64,000 nucleotides of DNA from Octopus sinensis (GCF_006345805.1 NC_043003.1:12090001-12154000); one strand, 5' to 3'; positions 11,146 through 24,215 are shown, counted from the stretch's first letter. Notes: generated by a model from the sequence alone, not told the origin. Translations and numbers: made by a program.

Positions 11146-11340
11146 GTGGAGGCGCAATGGCCCAGTGGTTAGGGCAGCAGACTCGCATTCGTAAGAACGT
11201 GGTTTCGATTCCCAGACTAGGCATTGTGAGTGGTTATTGAGCAAAAACACCTAAGCTTCACGAGGATCCTGCAGGGGAGGGGAACCCCATTGTACTCTTT
11301 CACCACACCTTTCTCTCACTCTTTCTTCCACAAAGCAGAA
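11146..11340 (+). mobile_element. tRNA-derived SINE (GTGGAGGCGCAATGGCCCAGTGGTTAG family)
   Basis: A-box TGGCCCAGTGG and B-box GTTTCGATTCC followed by non-tRNA sequence; relatives at 31895-32130 (-) and 46057-46330 (+). Confidence 0.7.
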
Positions 11341-13234
11341 GAACCATGGTGTAACCCACTATGGTGTGGTAAACTTTCAGACCCTAGTCTAGATTGCGAA
11401 TCCTCTGTACTCCAGGATAGTTAACCTCTCCACCCGTTAAAAAGCCACTGTTTACAGAATGGGGATAACAACGTAGCTTTCATGCCTGTGCAACCGCGAG
11501 TCTATTGTGTGTGGTGGGTGTATCTTCAAGTTGCCACACGCATTCTTAGTAGCTTAGAGTAGGCTCGAATTGGAGTTTATTCTTTGTGGCTAATGGCATG
11601 AGTCCTGATTGGAAGAAGAAAGAAAGGAGCAGCAGCAGTAACAGCATCAATAATGACTCCTAATATTACATCTGGGCCACACAACTTTGAGGGGAAGGTG
11701 TGCAGTTGATAAGATTTCACCCCAGTATTTGACTGGTATTTATTTTATTGATCCCATTCTCTGTCATCATCAAAATTTCTACCAAATATAAATATTAGTG
11801 AAGTTGAGGCAGAAATAGAGACATAAAATCAGTTATATCAATCCTCAACAAATAACCGATACCAATATTATTGACCAAAGATTTGAACTCAAGACATAGA
11901 GTGTAACTAAACCCTGTATGGTATGTTTTCCCATCACTCACAAAGATGCATCATCATCATCATCATCATCGTCATCTTAACGTTCACTTTTCTATGCTTG
12001 CATGAATTAGAATTTATTGTGGCAGATGTTTTGCAGTTACACACACACACACACATATACATGCAATAGGCTTGATCCACTCACAAGGCTTTGAGGCTTT
12101 GGTGAACCCAGAACTATAACAGAAGACACTTGCTCAAGGTGCCATACAGCGAGGTCAATCCCATTACCACGTGGTTGGAAAGAAAACTTCTCAACCACAC
12201 AGCCATGGCAATGCCTATCCAAATTTGGAGAAATAATGGACAAGGCACTGGTTGACCTGTGGCAATAGAAGACACCCAAAATGTGTAATCTGATAACATG
12301 ATTGTAATGTGAGCTCCTTAACTACACGGCCATGACATCAGCAACTAATTGAATAATTATTGGTTCTTGCATGAGCAGAACACCACCAGGGAGAGTATAG
12401 TTGACAACCAACTCATACAGAGTACTGGCATGATTTTAATAAAATTCTTAAAGCAGCAAGCTGGCAGAATTTGTAGCATGCCGGACAAAATGCTTAACCC
12501 TTTTGTTACTGTATTTATTTTGAGATGCTCTATGTTTCTTTCAATTATTTTAAATATAACAAAGAATTTAGTAAAATAACTTAGTTATCATTAAGCTAGT
12601 CCTAGGAAAATAAATTGTGTCTAAGATTTGGTGGAAGATTTTAATTGAAAACTTATGAAAACAAGACATTTATATTACAGAGCCAAAGCCGGTTTTAGCC
12701 GGGTTGGTAACGAAAGGGTTAATGGCATTTTCACCAAACTTCACAATCTGAGTTCAAACTCCAACTTTGCTTTTCATCCTTTTTGGGTTTGATAAAATAA
12801 GTACCAGTTACATACTGGGGTTGATGTAAATGACTAACTCTCTCTCCGAAATTGCTGGCTTTACACCAAAATTTGAAAAAAATTATTTTAGCAAAACCCT
12901 TAAGGTGACAGACTGACAGAATCATCATCAGCACACCTCTTCCACGGAGGTCAACTTTACCTTTCATTTTTAGGGGCTCAATAAAATAAGTAGCAGTTGC
13001 ATACTGGGATCAATGTAATTGACTAACCCGATCTCCCCAAATTTCAGGCCTTGTAACCTAGCATAGAAAGGATTATTTTAATAAAACCCAGTGAGAACAG
13101 ATGGTAAGAAAATAGAGAAGATCAGCTAACTTACTTGCTTCAGTAATACAATTGATAAAAAGAGTGACAGAAAGAGAGAGAGAGAGAGATGCTACAGCCA
13201 GACTGGGCAAGCCAGAACAGCCATTACCATTCTT

Positions 13235-13462
13235 ATTTCTTTATTGCCCACAAGGGGCTAAACATAGAGGGGACAAACAAGGACAGACAAAGGGATTATG
13301 TCGATTACATCGACCCCAGTGTGTAACTGGTACTTAATTTATCGACCCTGAAAGGATGAAAGGCAAATTCGACCTCGGCGGAATTTGAACTCAGAACGTA
13401 ACGGCAGATGAAATACCGCTAAGCGTTTCGCCTGGCATGCAAACATTTCTGCCAGCTCGCTT
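13235..13462 (-). mobile_element. tRNA-derived SINE with a 14-bp TSD
   Basis: CCATTACCATTCTT at 13221-13234 and 13463-13476. Confidence 0.9.
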
Positions 13463-13494
13463 CCATTACCATTCTTAAGAACATCAGGGCTTTC

Positions 13495-13700
13495 AGAGAT
13501 TACCATAAAAACTAAATGGTACATCTTCAAATCTAATTTGAAGTTCATCCTGCTTAATGAACCAAAGACATAGAAAAGGACTAAACAGACACTGCAGAAG
13601 ATACAGACCTTCATCGATATCTGCCTGAGACATATTTTTCAAATCAGATGACCAGAGAAGATAAAAAATGAAGAGATGAAGCAGAAAGGGGTGAGGAGGG
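13495..13700 (+). mobile_element. Decayed RTE-clade LINE ORF C-terminal fragment
   Basis: IFKSNLKFILL..KT* and QKIQTFIDICLRHIFQIR*PEKIKNEE resemble the RTE post-RT motif (IFNSNVKSVLLYGSETW...CLRRILxIxW). Confidence 0.65.
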
Positions 13701-14137
13701 TATGTGCTAAAGGAAGAACAGATCCTGAAGCACAAATGGAGATGAATAGGTCCCACCTTAAAGAAACCAACTCTCTACATGTCAGCTCTGACCTGGAAAT
13801 GAAATGTTTTGCTCAAGAACACAATGTTCTGCCCAGTCTGGGAATCGAACTCGTGATCTAGCAATCATGAATGCAATACCCTAACCACAAGGCTCCACGC
13901 CTTCACACATAATACTCACCTAAATACGCTAGCATGCCGGGCGAAATGCTTAGCGGTATTTTGTCTTCCGTTACGTTCTGAGTTCAAATTCCGCTGAGGT
14001 CGACTTTGCCTTTCATCCTTTCGAGGTTGATAAATTAAGTATCAGTTACACACTGAGGACAATGTAATCGACTTAATCCTTTTGTCTGTCCTTGTTTGTC
14101 CCCTCTGTGTTTAGCCCCTTGTGGGCAATAAAGAAAT

Positions 14138-14188
<51 letters not shown>

Positions 14189-15098
14189 GTAGATAGATAG
14201 ATAGATATAGTCAATAAAATAGAAATAAAATTTAAAAGGTTATTCTTTCTGTGGGGGCCCAGTACCAAATGATCCAAAGCCTGGTGCCAGTACAGAGTTC
14301 AGTGGTTAGGAACCCTTGCTCAATACATTTCATCAGCTGCTATACTTATAATGGAAGGCAAGGTTTACGATATCGGGAGAATATCGCCTTCTCCCATTAC
14401 GTCTTGTTCTTCAAGTAGTTCAGGCTCTGGCAAGCAAAGAAAGAAGTTTTTAAATAGAAATACAATTTACAAACGGTTTATTTACAAGATTCACAGAACA
14501 GGTGAAGTGCATGGCTCTCAGCAACCATCTCGAGCTGTGTGTGTGGTGTTGCATCTCCATTAACGCGGACACATTGCCTCTGGAGGTACAACATGCAATA
14601 GACCCACCTAGTGAAGTGTTCTTGGCAAGTGCTGCTGCGAAGAAGCAGAGAGAAAAAGAATGAATCTGTTTCTGTTTTGCCCTTATATACAGTTTGCCAT
14701 CAGGAGCCTCATTGTGATCTCGCACATGGCAAATGGATGCAGGTGAGGTCTCGCTCCAGTCTCGGAGATTGCAACGGCTGCTGCGAGGTCTCATCCAATA
14801 TGGCGCTGACTGCTTGTGCCGCTACATACTCTACTACCAATCTACAGTCATAATGGTGATTTCAAACAGAAGTAAAATATCGTAGGCATGAGCACCTAAC
14901 CAGTACTTAAATTATTGGGTCTGGTCGAGAGGTGACTGTGTGGTAAAATGTTTGCTTCCTAACCACATCGTTTTGGGTTCAGTCCCACCGCATAGCAACT
15001 TGGAAAAGTATCTTCTAATGAAACCCCAGGCTAATCAAACCCTTGAAAGTGGATTTGGTAGACATAAACTGAAAGAAGCCTTATGTGTATGTATGCAT

Positions 15099-15130
<32 letters not shown>

Positions 15131-15155
15131 GACAGACAGACAGACAGACAGACAG

Positions 15156-15210
<55 letters not shown>

Positions 15211-15441
15211 TAGATAGATAGGCTTGAAGGCGGCGAGCTGGCAGAAATGTCAGCACACCGGGTAAAATGTTTAGCAGTATTTCATCTGCCGTTACGTTCT
15301 GAGTTAAAATTCCGCTGAGGTTGACTTTGCCTTTCATCCTTTCGGGGTTGATAAATTAAGTACCAGTTACGCACTGAGGTCGATGTAATCGACTTAATCC
15401 TTTTGTCTGTCCTTGTTTGTCCCCTTGTGGGCAATAAAGAA

Positions 15442-15513
<72 letters not shown>

Positions 15514-15800
15514 GAGCGTGCGTGTGCGCGTATATTACTGTCTCCTTGCCTTCACTTCACATGATAGTTATAAACGAGTATCACCATCACCCAAGTAGTG
15601 GCTTATGCTCCCAGTCTTTGGTGAAAACATGTCTAGCCGTGGAGACATCATACCTTACTTGGAAACAAGTGAGGGTTGGCGACAAGAAGGGCATCTGGCC
15701 GTAGAAAAGTCCACCTTGACAAATTTCGTTCGGACCATGCCAGCATGGAATAGTAGACGTTAAAACGATGATGATGACGAGTGATGATGATGAAAAACAA

Positions 15801-16054
15801 GGAACTACTTAAGAAAAGTGGTCCCAGTGCGCGCACTCGCGTACTCGCGCATCCGTGCTAGGTGTTCGTGACTAGTTGATCCTTACTTTGTGTTTTTGTT
15901 TTATTTACTTTGTTTTAAAAATTATTTTCTTTGTGTTTTTGTGTTTTATTTACTTTGCTAGGTAGTCGTTGTAGGATCGACTAGTCACGACTAGCTATGC
16001 GGATGCGCGAGTACGCGAGTGCACGCACCGGGACCGCTCTTCTTAAGTAGTACC
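15801..16054. mobile_element. MITE with about 70-bp TIRs and a 9-bp TSD (Mutator-like)
   Basis: TIR GG(A/T)ACTACTTAAGAA...; TSD GAAAAACAA at 15792-15800 and 16055-16063. Confidence 0.85.
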
Positions 16055-16360
16055 GAAAAACAAATCCAACTTTGGTAGGATTTGAACGCGAGAATTAAAG
16101 AAATGTAACTAAATACAGCAAAAATATTTGTTCGTCACTGGACGACAGCAACAATATCATATCTCTGACACAAGCACACCAGAAGAAAAAAAAAGAAGAA
16201 AAATGAAAAATGCCTCCTGTCAGCAGCAATACTTAACTAATCCAACAGGGAAATAACTTTTAAATAGAGTTATTTCCCTTAGATAAAATACAGCCTTTTC
16301 CTCTATTTTTTTTTCCTTCCTACATACAACCCTTTACACTATAAACATTTCTAGATCTCC

Positions 16361-16390
16361 TTGATGAAGGGTTCTGCCCAAAACATTTTA
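16361..16390 (+). mobile_element. Decayed PLE pLTR hammerhead remnant
   Basis: TTGATGA-A-GGG ttctg CCC-AAAACATT, interpretable as CpG decay of CCCGAAACGTT. Confidence 0.4.
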
Positions 16391-16782
16391 CATTACTACG
16401 TTCTAATAAACGCCTGTTTTCCTCTCTTTATTGACTGAATACACCTGTCAACAGAAACACTAGATGATTTATTTTTAATTTGGGCGCAAACAAATCATAC
16501 GGAAATATTGTGTGCATTGAAAAAGAATAAATGATTTATTTGAGAATTTTGTAACGAAGTAATTAATTAAAATTGTGCTTAACATAAAAAAAAAAAACAA
16601 TTTGAACACGCATTTATTATAAGCTTCCCGTCTTAAAATTTTTAATAGAATATCAAGAAAAAGTCAGAGTGTAAAATAATTTTAAAAAATAGCGAGCATG
16701 GGCGTGAAGGTAAGAAGTTTGCCTTGCAACTACATGGTTTCGAGTTCAGTTCCCCTGCACGGCACTCTGGGCAAATGTCTTC

Positions 16783-16956
16783 GGATCTTCGTGAATTTTC
16801 GTCACTGTTTACAATTTTGTTCCGGTTGTTTCCAAATTTGGTATATGGATTAAGTTTTGTATACTAATTAAGGAAATGAAACCATAATTAAAAAGTTATT
16901 GGCCTTTAAAATTTGCAAAAGATAATTGTAAACAGTGACGAAAACCACAAAGATCC
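16783..16956. mobile_element. 174-bp MITE (GGATC...GATCC) inserted in a SINE, with an 8-bp TSD
   Basis: TIR GGATCTTCGTGAATTTTCGTCACTGTTTACAATT; TSD ATGTCTTC/GTGCCTTC versus SINE consensus GTGTCTTC. Confidence 0.85.
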
Positions 16957-17363
16957 GTGCCTTCTACTATAGCCTCAGATTGACTAATGTCTTGTAAGTG
17001 AATTTAGAAAATGGAAACTGTGTGGAAGCCTGTGGTATATATTTTTGAGGTAATTGTCTAAACCCCTCTCCAAAATGTCTGGCCTTGTGCCTATAATAGA
17101 AATTATTATTATTATTAGTAGTAGTAGTAGTAGTTGTAGTAGCAGTAGCAGTAAGGCAGTAGCATGCCAACCAAAATGCTTAGCAATATTTCGTTCGTCT
17201 TTAAATTCTGAGTTCAGATTCCACCAAGGTCAAATTTGTTTTTCATTCTTTCAAGGGTTGATAAAAAAAAATAAATACCGGCTGAGTACTGGGTAGATAT
17301 AATTAACTTACCTCCTCTCCCAGACTTGTGCCAAAATTTGAAACCCTTATTATTATTATTATT

Positions 17364-17690
17364 CGGTAGTTTTATTTTTATAGCGTGCTTTCGCTTCACT
17401 ACCGAGCGCAGCTCTGTGTGCCTTAGGTATGTGCTGTGATTTGTTGTGATGCTCTGATGGTTATTGTATGGAAAGTGTCCTGCGTAGGATGTGTGCAGTG
17501 CCCAGTAGTGCAATTTTCTGTATGTTATGTGTTTGTAAGTCCTGGTGTTTTTGTTATGTATTTGTCTGAATATTTTTTTATCATGCCTAATGCACCTACT
17601 ATGATAGGAATTGTTTCTGATTTTAGATTCCACATTCTGGTTACCTCTATTTCCAGGTCTTTGTATTTTGAGAGTTTCTCCATTTCTTTT
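17364..17690 (-). mobile_element. 5'-truncated R4/Dong-type LINE (restriction-like endonuclease C-terminus plus 3'UTR) in (TAA)n
   Basis: MEKLSKYKDLEIEVTRMWNLKSETIPIIVGALG..., then after a frameshift IQKIALLGTAHILRRTLS; (TAA)n on both flanks. Confidence 0.85.
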
Positions 17691-18519
17691 ATTATTATTA
17701 TTATTGTTATTATTATTATTATTATTATATTATTATTATTATTATTATTATTATGCAGTGAGCTGGCTGAATCGTTAGTGCACCGGGCAAAATGCTTAGT
17801 GATATTTTGTCTATCCTTACGTTCTGACTTCAAATTCTACTAAGGTCAACTATACCTTTCATCCTTTGGGGGGGGGGGGCAATAAAATAAGTGCCAGTTG
17901 AACACTGGGGTCGTTATAATCAACTCATCCCCTCCCCCCAAATTGCTACCCTTGTGGCAAAATTCGAAACCATTATTATTATTATAATAATTATTATCAT
18001 CAAGGTGGTGAACTGGCAGAACCATTAGCATACAGGATAACATTCTAAGTGGCATGTCTTCCAGTTTTACATTTTGAGTTCAAATCCTGCTGAGGTCAAC
18101 TTTGCCTTTCATCCTTTCAGGGACAATGAAGTAAGTACCTGTCAAGTATGAGAGTCAATTAATTTGACTAGCCCACTCCCACCAAAATTTCAGGCCCTTT
18201 GTCTAAAGTAAAAAGGATTATTATTATTGATAAAAGTAATCTTTTTTACTATAGGCACAAGGCCAGAAATTTTGGGGGAGAGAGCTAACCAATTACATCA
18301 GCCTCAAAATTTGACAGGAGCTTATTTCATCGTCCTTGAAAGGATGAAAGGCAAAGTCGACTATGGCAGAATTTGAACTCAGAATGTAAAGACAGACAAA
18401 ATGCCACAAAGCATTTTGTCCAGCACATTGATAAGTGCTAATAGATGAAACTCTGAAGCTTTGAGTCACTCTCCAGATTCTGCTGATTATCAATAATAAA
18501 ATATATATATATATATATA

Positions 18520-18782
18520 TGGCTTGCCGCCTTGACTAGCTTCTGTGCCGGTGGCACGTAAAAAGCACCAACTGATCATGGCTGTTGCCAGCCTCGCCTG
18601 GCACGTAAAAAGCACCCATTACACTCATGGAGTGGTTGGCGTTAGGAAGGGCATCCAGCTGTAGAAACACTGCCAGACCAGACTGGAGCCTGGTGCAGCC
18701 TCCTGGTTTCCCAGACCCCAGTCGAACCATCCAACCCATGCTAGCATGGAAAACGGACGTTAAACGATGATGGTGATGATGA
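18520..18782 (+). mobile_element. RTE-type 3'UTR/tail element ending in (GAT)n
   Basis: GTTGGCGTTAGGAAGGGCATCCAGCTG...GGACGTTAAACGATGATG matches the 3'UTR of the LINE at 54790-55563; further copies near 21040, 31325, 31520, 34420, 39520, 42590, 44415, 48040 and 55720. Confidence 0.8.
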
Positions 18783-18786
18783 TATA

Positions 18787-18831
<45 letters not shown>

Positions 18832-18874
18832 CTGTGCTTTGAGTTCTATTTTCTTGTTTGCATCACCAAACCTC

Positions 18875-18937
<63 letters not shown>

Positions 18938-19455
18938 TGTGTGTGTGTGTGTGCGTGTGTGCATGTGTGTGTGTGCACGTGTGTGTGTGTGTGCATGTGA
19001 GTGTTTGCATGTTTGGGGCTTCAATCCAATGACTGAAACAAGTAAAAGATAAAAGAAAAGATGGCCTAGAAAAAAACCCAATCAATATCAGCTTAAAATC
19101 CAATATGTCACAAACAGGTGAATAAACATTGTTTACCTGAATGAGGCCAGAAGGTCTTTTGGTTAGTAAGTGGATGAGCAAGAACGTTAGCTTAGTGTAC
19201 TTTTAAATTACTTGACATCTCCTTAAGGCACCTCATTGCAAGAACTACTCCTGGGTTAAGTGCTGTACCATTATTGAAACATAATTTTCTCTTCTCTTGA
19301 ATAACGTCTTACAGCAACTTTTAAACTTTCATGTATAAATGCCAGACATCACATCAACTCTGTTTGTCTCTTTGCAGCTCTATCTGATCATTCTCACCAT
19401 CATCATCATCTTCATCATTGAACATCTGTTTTCCATGCTGGTATGTTTTGGACAG

Positions 19456-20240
19456 AAGGCGGCAAGCTGGCAGAAACGTTAGCACGCCGGGCGAAATGCT
19501 TAGCGGTACTTCATCTGCGGTTATGTTCTGAGTTCAAATTCCACCGAGGTCGACTTTGCCTTTCATCCTTTCAGGGTCGATTAAATAAGTACCAGTTACG
19601 CACTGGCGTCGATATAATCGACTTAATCCATTTGTCTGTCCTTGTTTCTCCCTTCTATGTTTAGCCCCTTGTGGGTAATAAAGAAATAGGTATTTCATCT
19701 GCCGTTACGTTCTGAGTTCAAATTCCGCCGAGGTCGACTTTGCCTTTCATCCTTTCGGGGTCGATTAAATAAGTACCATTTATGCACTGGCGTCGATATA
19801 ATCGACTTAATCCATTTGTCTGTCTTTGTTTGTCCCCTCTGTGTGTAGCCCCTTGTGGGTAATAAAGAAATAGGTATTTTGTCTGCCACTATGTTCTGAG
19901 TTCAAATTCCGCCGAGGTCGACTTTGCCTTTCATCCTTTCGGGGTTGATGAAATAAGTACCAGTTACGCACTGGGGTCGATATAAATGACTTAATCCGTT
20001 TGTCTGTCCTTGTTTGTCCTCTCTGTGATTAGCCCCTTGTGGGTAGTAAAGAAACAGGTATTTTGTCTGCCGCTATGTTCTGAGTTCAAATTCCACCAAG
20101 GTTGACTTTGCCTTTCATCCTTTCGGGATCAATTAAATAAGTACCAGTTATACACTGGGGTCGATATAATCGACTTAATCCGTTTGTCTGTTCTTGTTTA
20201 TCCTCTCTGTGTGTAGCCCCTTGTGGGCAGTAAAGAAACA
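19456..20240 (+). mobile_element. SINE tetramer: one head plus four 184-bp units, single 16-bp TSD
   Basis: GTTCTGAGTTCAAATTCC at 19525, 19709, 19893 and 20077; TSD GGTATGTTTTGGACAG at 19440-19455 and 20241-20256. Confidence 0.92.
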
Positions 20241-21369
20241 GGTATGTTTTGGACAGTTTGACAAGAGCTGCCGAGCCAGAGAACTGCACCAGGCTCTGAT
20301 CATCTGCTTTGATGTGATTTTTACAGCTGGATGCCCTTCCTAATGCAATCATTTTACAGCATTTACTGAGTGCTTTTTATGTAGAACCAGTAAAGGTGCT
20401 TTTTATGTGGTGCCTCTCTTCTAAGTGTGAGTAGTCTTGTAAATCTCTGAAAGAAATCAGATTGGCTCCTTTCTTTCATACTTTAGCCCCTCATCTCCTT
20501 TTATAAAGCTACTCCAGCTGACCCCGCAGGGTTTATAATCTTGTAAGCTACATGGTAACTGTCACAAAAAAGGATCACACAGTACATGTTATAAATTGGT
20601 TACTTATTTTATAGTAAATACCTCACCTGTAATCTGAATACCTGATAGTCACAGCACAAGTCAAAACATTGTTAGTAAATTCATTATTATGCCAAATATA
20701 TAATCAGGAAATATATTGTCATCCACACAGTAAATATATGTGTTAAACATTGCATGAAGTTTATATTCCCAGAGTAATTATTCCACATTTTATAAACAGT
20801 AAAACTGCCACTCTGTTGATTACAGGGAAAAGGGTTCCAGTTGGTTCAATCAGCAGAAAAACCTGCTCATGAAATTAGCATGCAAGTGGCTGAGCACTCC
20901 ACAGACACACATGTCCTTAATGTAGTTCTCAGAGAGATTCAGCATGACACAGAATGTGATAAGGCTGGCCTTTTGAAATATTGGTATGACTCACTTTTGC
21001 CAGCCAAGTGGACTGGAGCAATGAGAAATAAAGTGTCTTCCATCATCATCATCATCGTTTAACGTCTGCTTTACATGCTGGCATGGGTTGGACGGCTTGA
21101 CTGGGGACTGGTGAGCTAGATGGCTGCACCAGGCTCCAATCTGATCTGGCAGAGTTTCTACAGCTGGATGCCCTTCCTAATGCCAACAACTACACAAGAG
21201 TGTAGTGGGCGCTTTTACGTGCCACCGGCACAAGGGCCAGTCAGGTGGTACTGGCAACAAGAATATCAAAGACAAAATAATAAATATCAGATTATCTCAA
21301 TATGTACCAAAAGAAAGGAATCTGAATTAGATTTAAAAATACAATTAAAAAATAAAAAAACAAAACAAT

Positions 21370-21663
21370 TTAATACAGTTGTGTGGGGCAGGATTCGTGA
21401 CAGACGAACTGTAGACAGAAACTTAGCTCAATGACTTTTTAACCCTAACCCTAACCCTAACCTTAGTTTGTTTATAAAAATAATTTATTAGTTTAAAAAA
21501 TTATTTACTTTGCGTTTTATTTACTTTGTTCGAAAAATATTTAATTTTCTTTGTTATGTATTCAGCCTTGAAATACAAACATACGCGCAAGTCGTTGTAG
21601 GATCGACTAGCTAGCGCGGATGCGCGAGTGCGCACACCGGGACCACTGTTCGCTAGTAGTACC
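21370..21663. mobile_element. Partial element sharing the right TIR of the 15801 MITE; internal (AACCCT)3
   Basis: GTCGTTGTAGGATCGACTAG...GGGACCACTGTTCGCTAGTAGTACC resembles 15964-16054. Confidence 0.6.
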
Positions 21664-21714
21664 CAGATCTATTTCTACAATATCACCACCGTTCTCGGAA
21701 TCACATATTCATTT

Positions 21715-22075
21715 ATGTTATTGATATAAAATAATACATTATGGTTACCAACAGCTACCATACTTTACTATACTGATAATGTCGTTCATGTCCCCAGAAA
21801 ATAAAATAAGTTATAATTCTTATTGTTAAAAGCATTCGCAGAATTACCACTGACTGCCACAATGTTCATGATGTCGTACATGTCCCCGGGTAATTAGAAA
21901 AATAAAAAAAAATTAAAAACCCAATTCTTATTGTCAAAAGAATTCGTATTAAAATGGTTACCAATGGCTGCCATAATGTTGATATAATGTCATAATGTCC
22001 CCGGATAATAACGAAAATAAAATCTTAAAAAGTCATTAAAAATTCTTATTGTTAATAGCATTCATATTAATGATA
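21715..22075. repeat. Degenerate AT-rich tandem repeat (about 110-125 bp, about 3 copies)
   Basis: Recurrent ATGTCCCC and AATTCTTATTGT motifs. Confidence 0.6.
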
Positions 22076-23224
22076 TACAATACAGTCTTACACTTATTGA
22101 GTTTATATATTTTCGTTTAATTTCGACAGAAAATAATCGCCAAAATGTCTGCGCTATGGCCTTCACCGCAATTTATAACAATTTAAAAGAAATGGAATTT
22201 TGAAGTTCATAGTCAACCTACCGCTAGTATAATATAATTGATTTTACTTCGAAAAGAAATTAATGTAGTTAAAGATTAAGACTTTTGAGATTTAATACCC
22301 CTTCAAATCTTTCTTATAAACTCCATACGCACTTTTTCCATCAACCAAGAATTCAGCAGTTCAAATACTATGAGACTTTCGAAATAGCGCGCAGAACATA
22401 ATGCTTCGCGATATTCTTTTCTGGTTCTTTACGCTGTACAGTCAAATCCCGGCAAGTTCGATTTTGCCTTTCATCCTTTTGGGGACCGGGGGTTGATGTA
22501 ATGGACTTACACCTGCCTCCTTAATTTGCTGGTCTTGTGCCAAAATTCGAAACAATTATATAATACTGAGTGTATGTTGCTTTAATCTCATTAAAATTAA
22601 CTATGATCAAAAGCGTTCCAACAGTGACCATCTCATCTCTTTAGACTAAACGGCCCCGTTTTAGACTATTGTGGGGAATTTGGCTGCTATTTCTAGCGGG
22701 TCGAGCGATAAATCAGTCCTCCATCTTTCGTTACAGATAAATAAATGCATAAGTATTTTGAAAGAAGGAATCGCCGGATTTTCTTTTAGTCAGGGGACCG
22801 CTGTCTTGCAGCTATGCATGTATTCCTTACAGAAAAATGTCAAATGGTAGGCCACTATGCATCTCCAGCACTATTGAAATTTACTTTACCCAATAGAGTA
22901 ATATGATATGGTCGAAAGAGGAAAAACGAGGGCAAAGCACACAATTGTACGTTTGAAACCAGGAAAAAGTTTGAGTGCTATTGGTAACCCACCTCAAAGA
23001 AGGAATTGATTGGCACTATACTACAAGAACACCATCATAGCTTGACGCAAAAATGCCAAGTCTGTAGCAAAGTTTCTTTGTAGCATCGGCTGGAAAAAAT
23101 TATCTTAGCATAAATAAAAATACTAAATATTAATGCCACGATGTACAGCTCATGTATTGTCAATGTCGCTTATATTTTTTTGTTTCATTGTCTTGCGAAA
23201 TTGAATAAAAGTTTGTGTGTGTGT

Positions 23225-23600
23225 GTGTGGTAAGTAGCTTGCTTACCAACCACATAGCTCTGGGTTCAGTCCCACTGCCTGGCACCTTGGCCAAGTGTCT
23301 TCTACAACAGCCTCGGGCCGACCAAAGCCTTGTGAGTTCATTTGGTAGACGGAAACTGAAAGAAGCCCGTCGTATGTATGTGTGTGTGTGTTTGTCCCCC
23401 CACCATCGCTTGACAACTAATGTTGTTGTGTTCATGTCCCCGTAACTTAGTGGTTCGGCAAAAAGACCGATAGAATAAGTTCTAGGCTTACAAAGAATAA
23501 GTCCTCGGGTCGATTTGTTCGACTAAAGGCGGTGCTCCAACATGGCCGTAGTCAAATGTCTGAAACAAGTAAAAGAAAAAGAAAAAGAAAAGAGAAAAAG
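23225..23600 (+). mobile_element. Composite SINE (GTGTGGTAAGTAGCTTGC family)
   Basis: Matches the 9132 copy. Confidence 0.85.
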
Positions 23601-23814
23601 AAAAAATGTGTAGTGTCATTGTATATAAATTGTGTACAAGTCGTGTACTGTCAGTTAATAACTAATTTAAAATATTTTTTGTTTCATTACTCTGTTTATT
23701 GTCTTTAAATAAAATGTGACGTTTTTCTGCAACTTTTTTCCAGACATCGTTAATTAAAGTGAATACAGAAAACTTAAAATATACGTGGTAGACGAAAAAT
23801 GAAAGAAGCTTATC

Positions 23815-23846
<32 letters not shown>

Positions 23847-24215
23847 GCGTGTATTCCACCACCGCTTAATCGGTGTGCTTTGTTTACGTTCCCGTAACGT
23901 AGCGGTTCGGTGAAAGAAACTGACAGACTAAGTACTTGGCTTTAAAATAAAACGTACTGGGGTCGATCCATTCGACTAAGAATTCTTCAAGGCGATGCCC
24001 CAGCATGGCCGCAGTCTAATGACTGCAACGGAAACATATGTAGGTGCTGACATGGAAAGATGTGATTTATAAAACCTGGATATGTAAATCTCTGTTCTCC
24101 TAATTTACTAAACATACATACATACATATACATACATACATACATACATACATACATACATACATACATACATACATTAATATATTTAGCAGAAGTAACA
24201 GAGTAACTGAAGGTC

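Noticed and set aside
11146-11230. tRNA gene
   Set aside because: A and B boxes are present but no cloverleaf could be folded, and the sequence continues into a SINE body.
14450-14794. 114-aa minus-strand ORF as a gene
   Set aside because: No recognisable domain, and overlapping frames are similarly open.
21440-21462. Telomeric (AACCCT)n, also near 28195, 29505 and 30805
   Set aside because: Only 2-4 units, internal to MITE-like elements; not a chromosome end.
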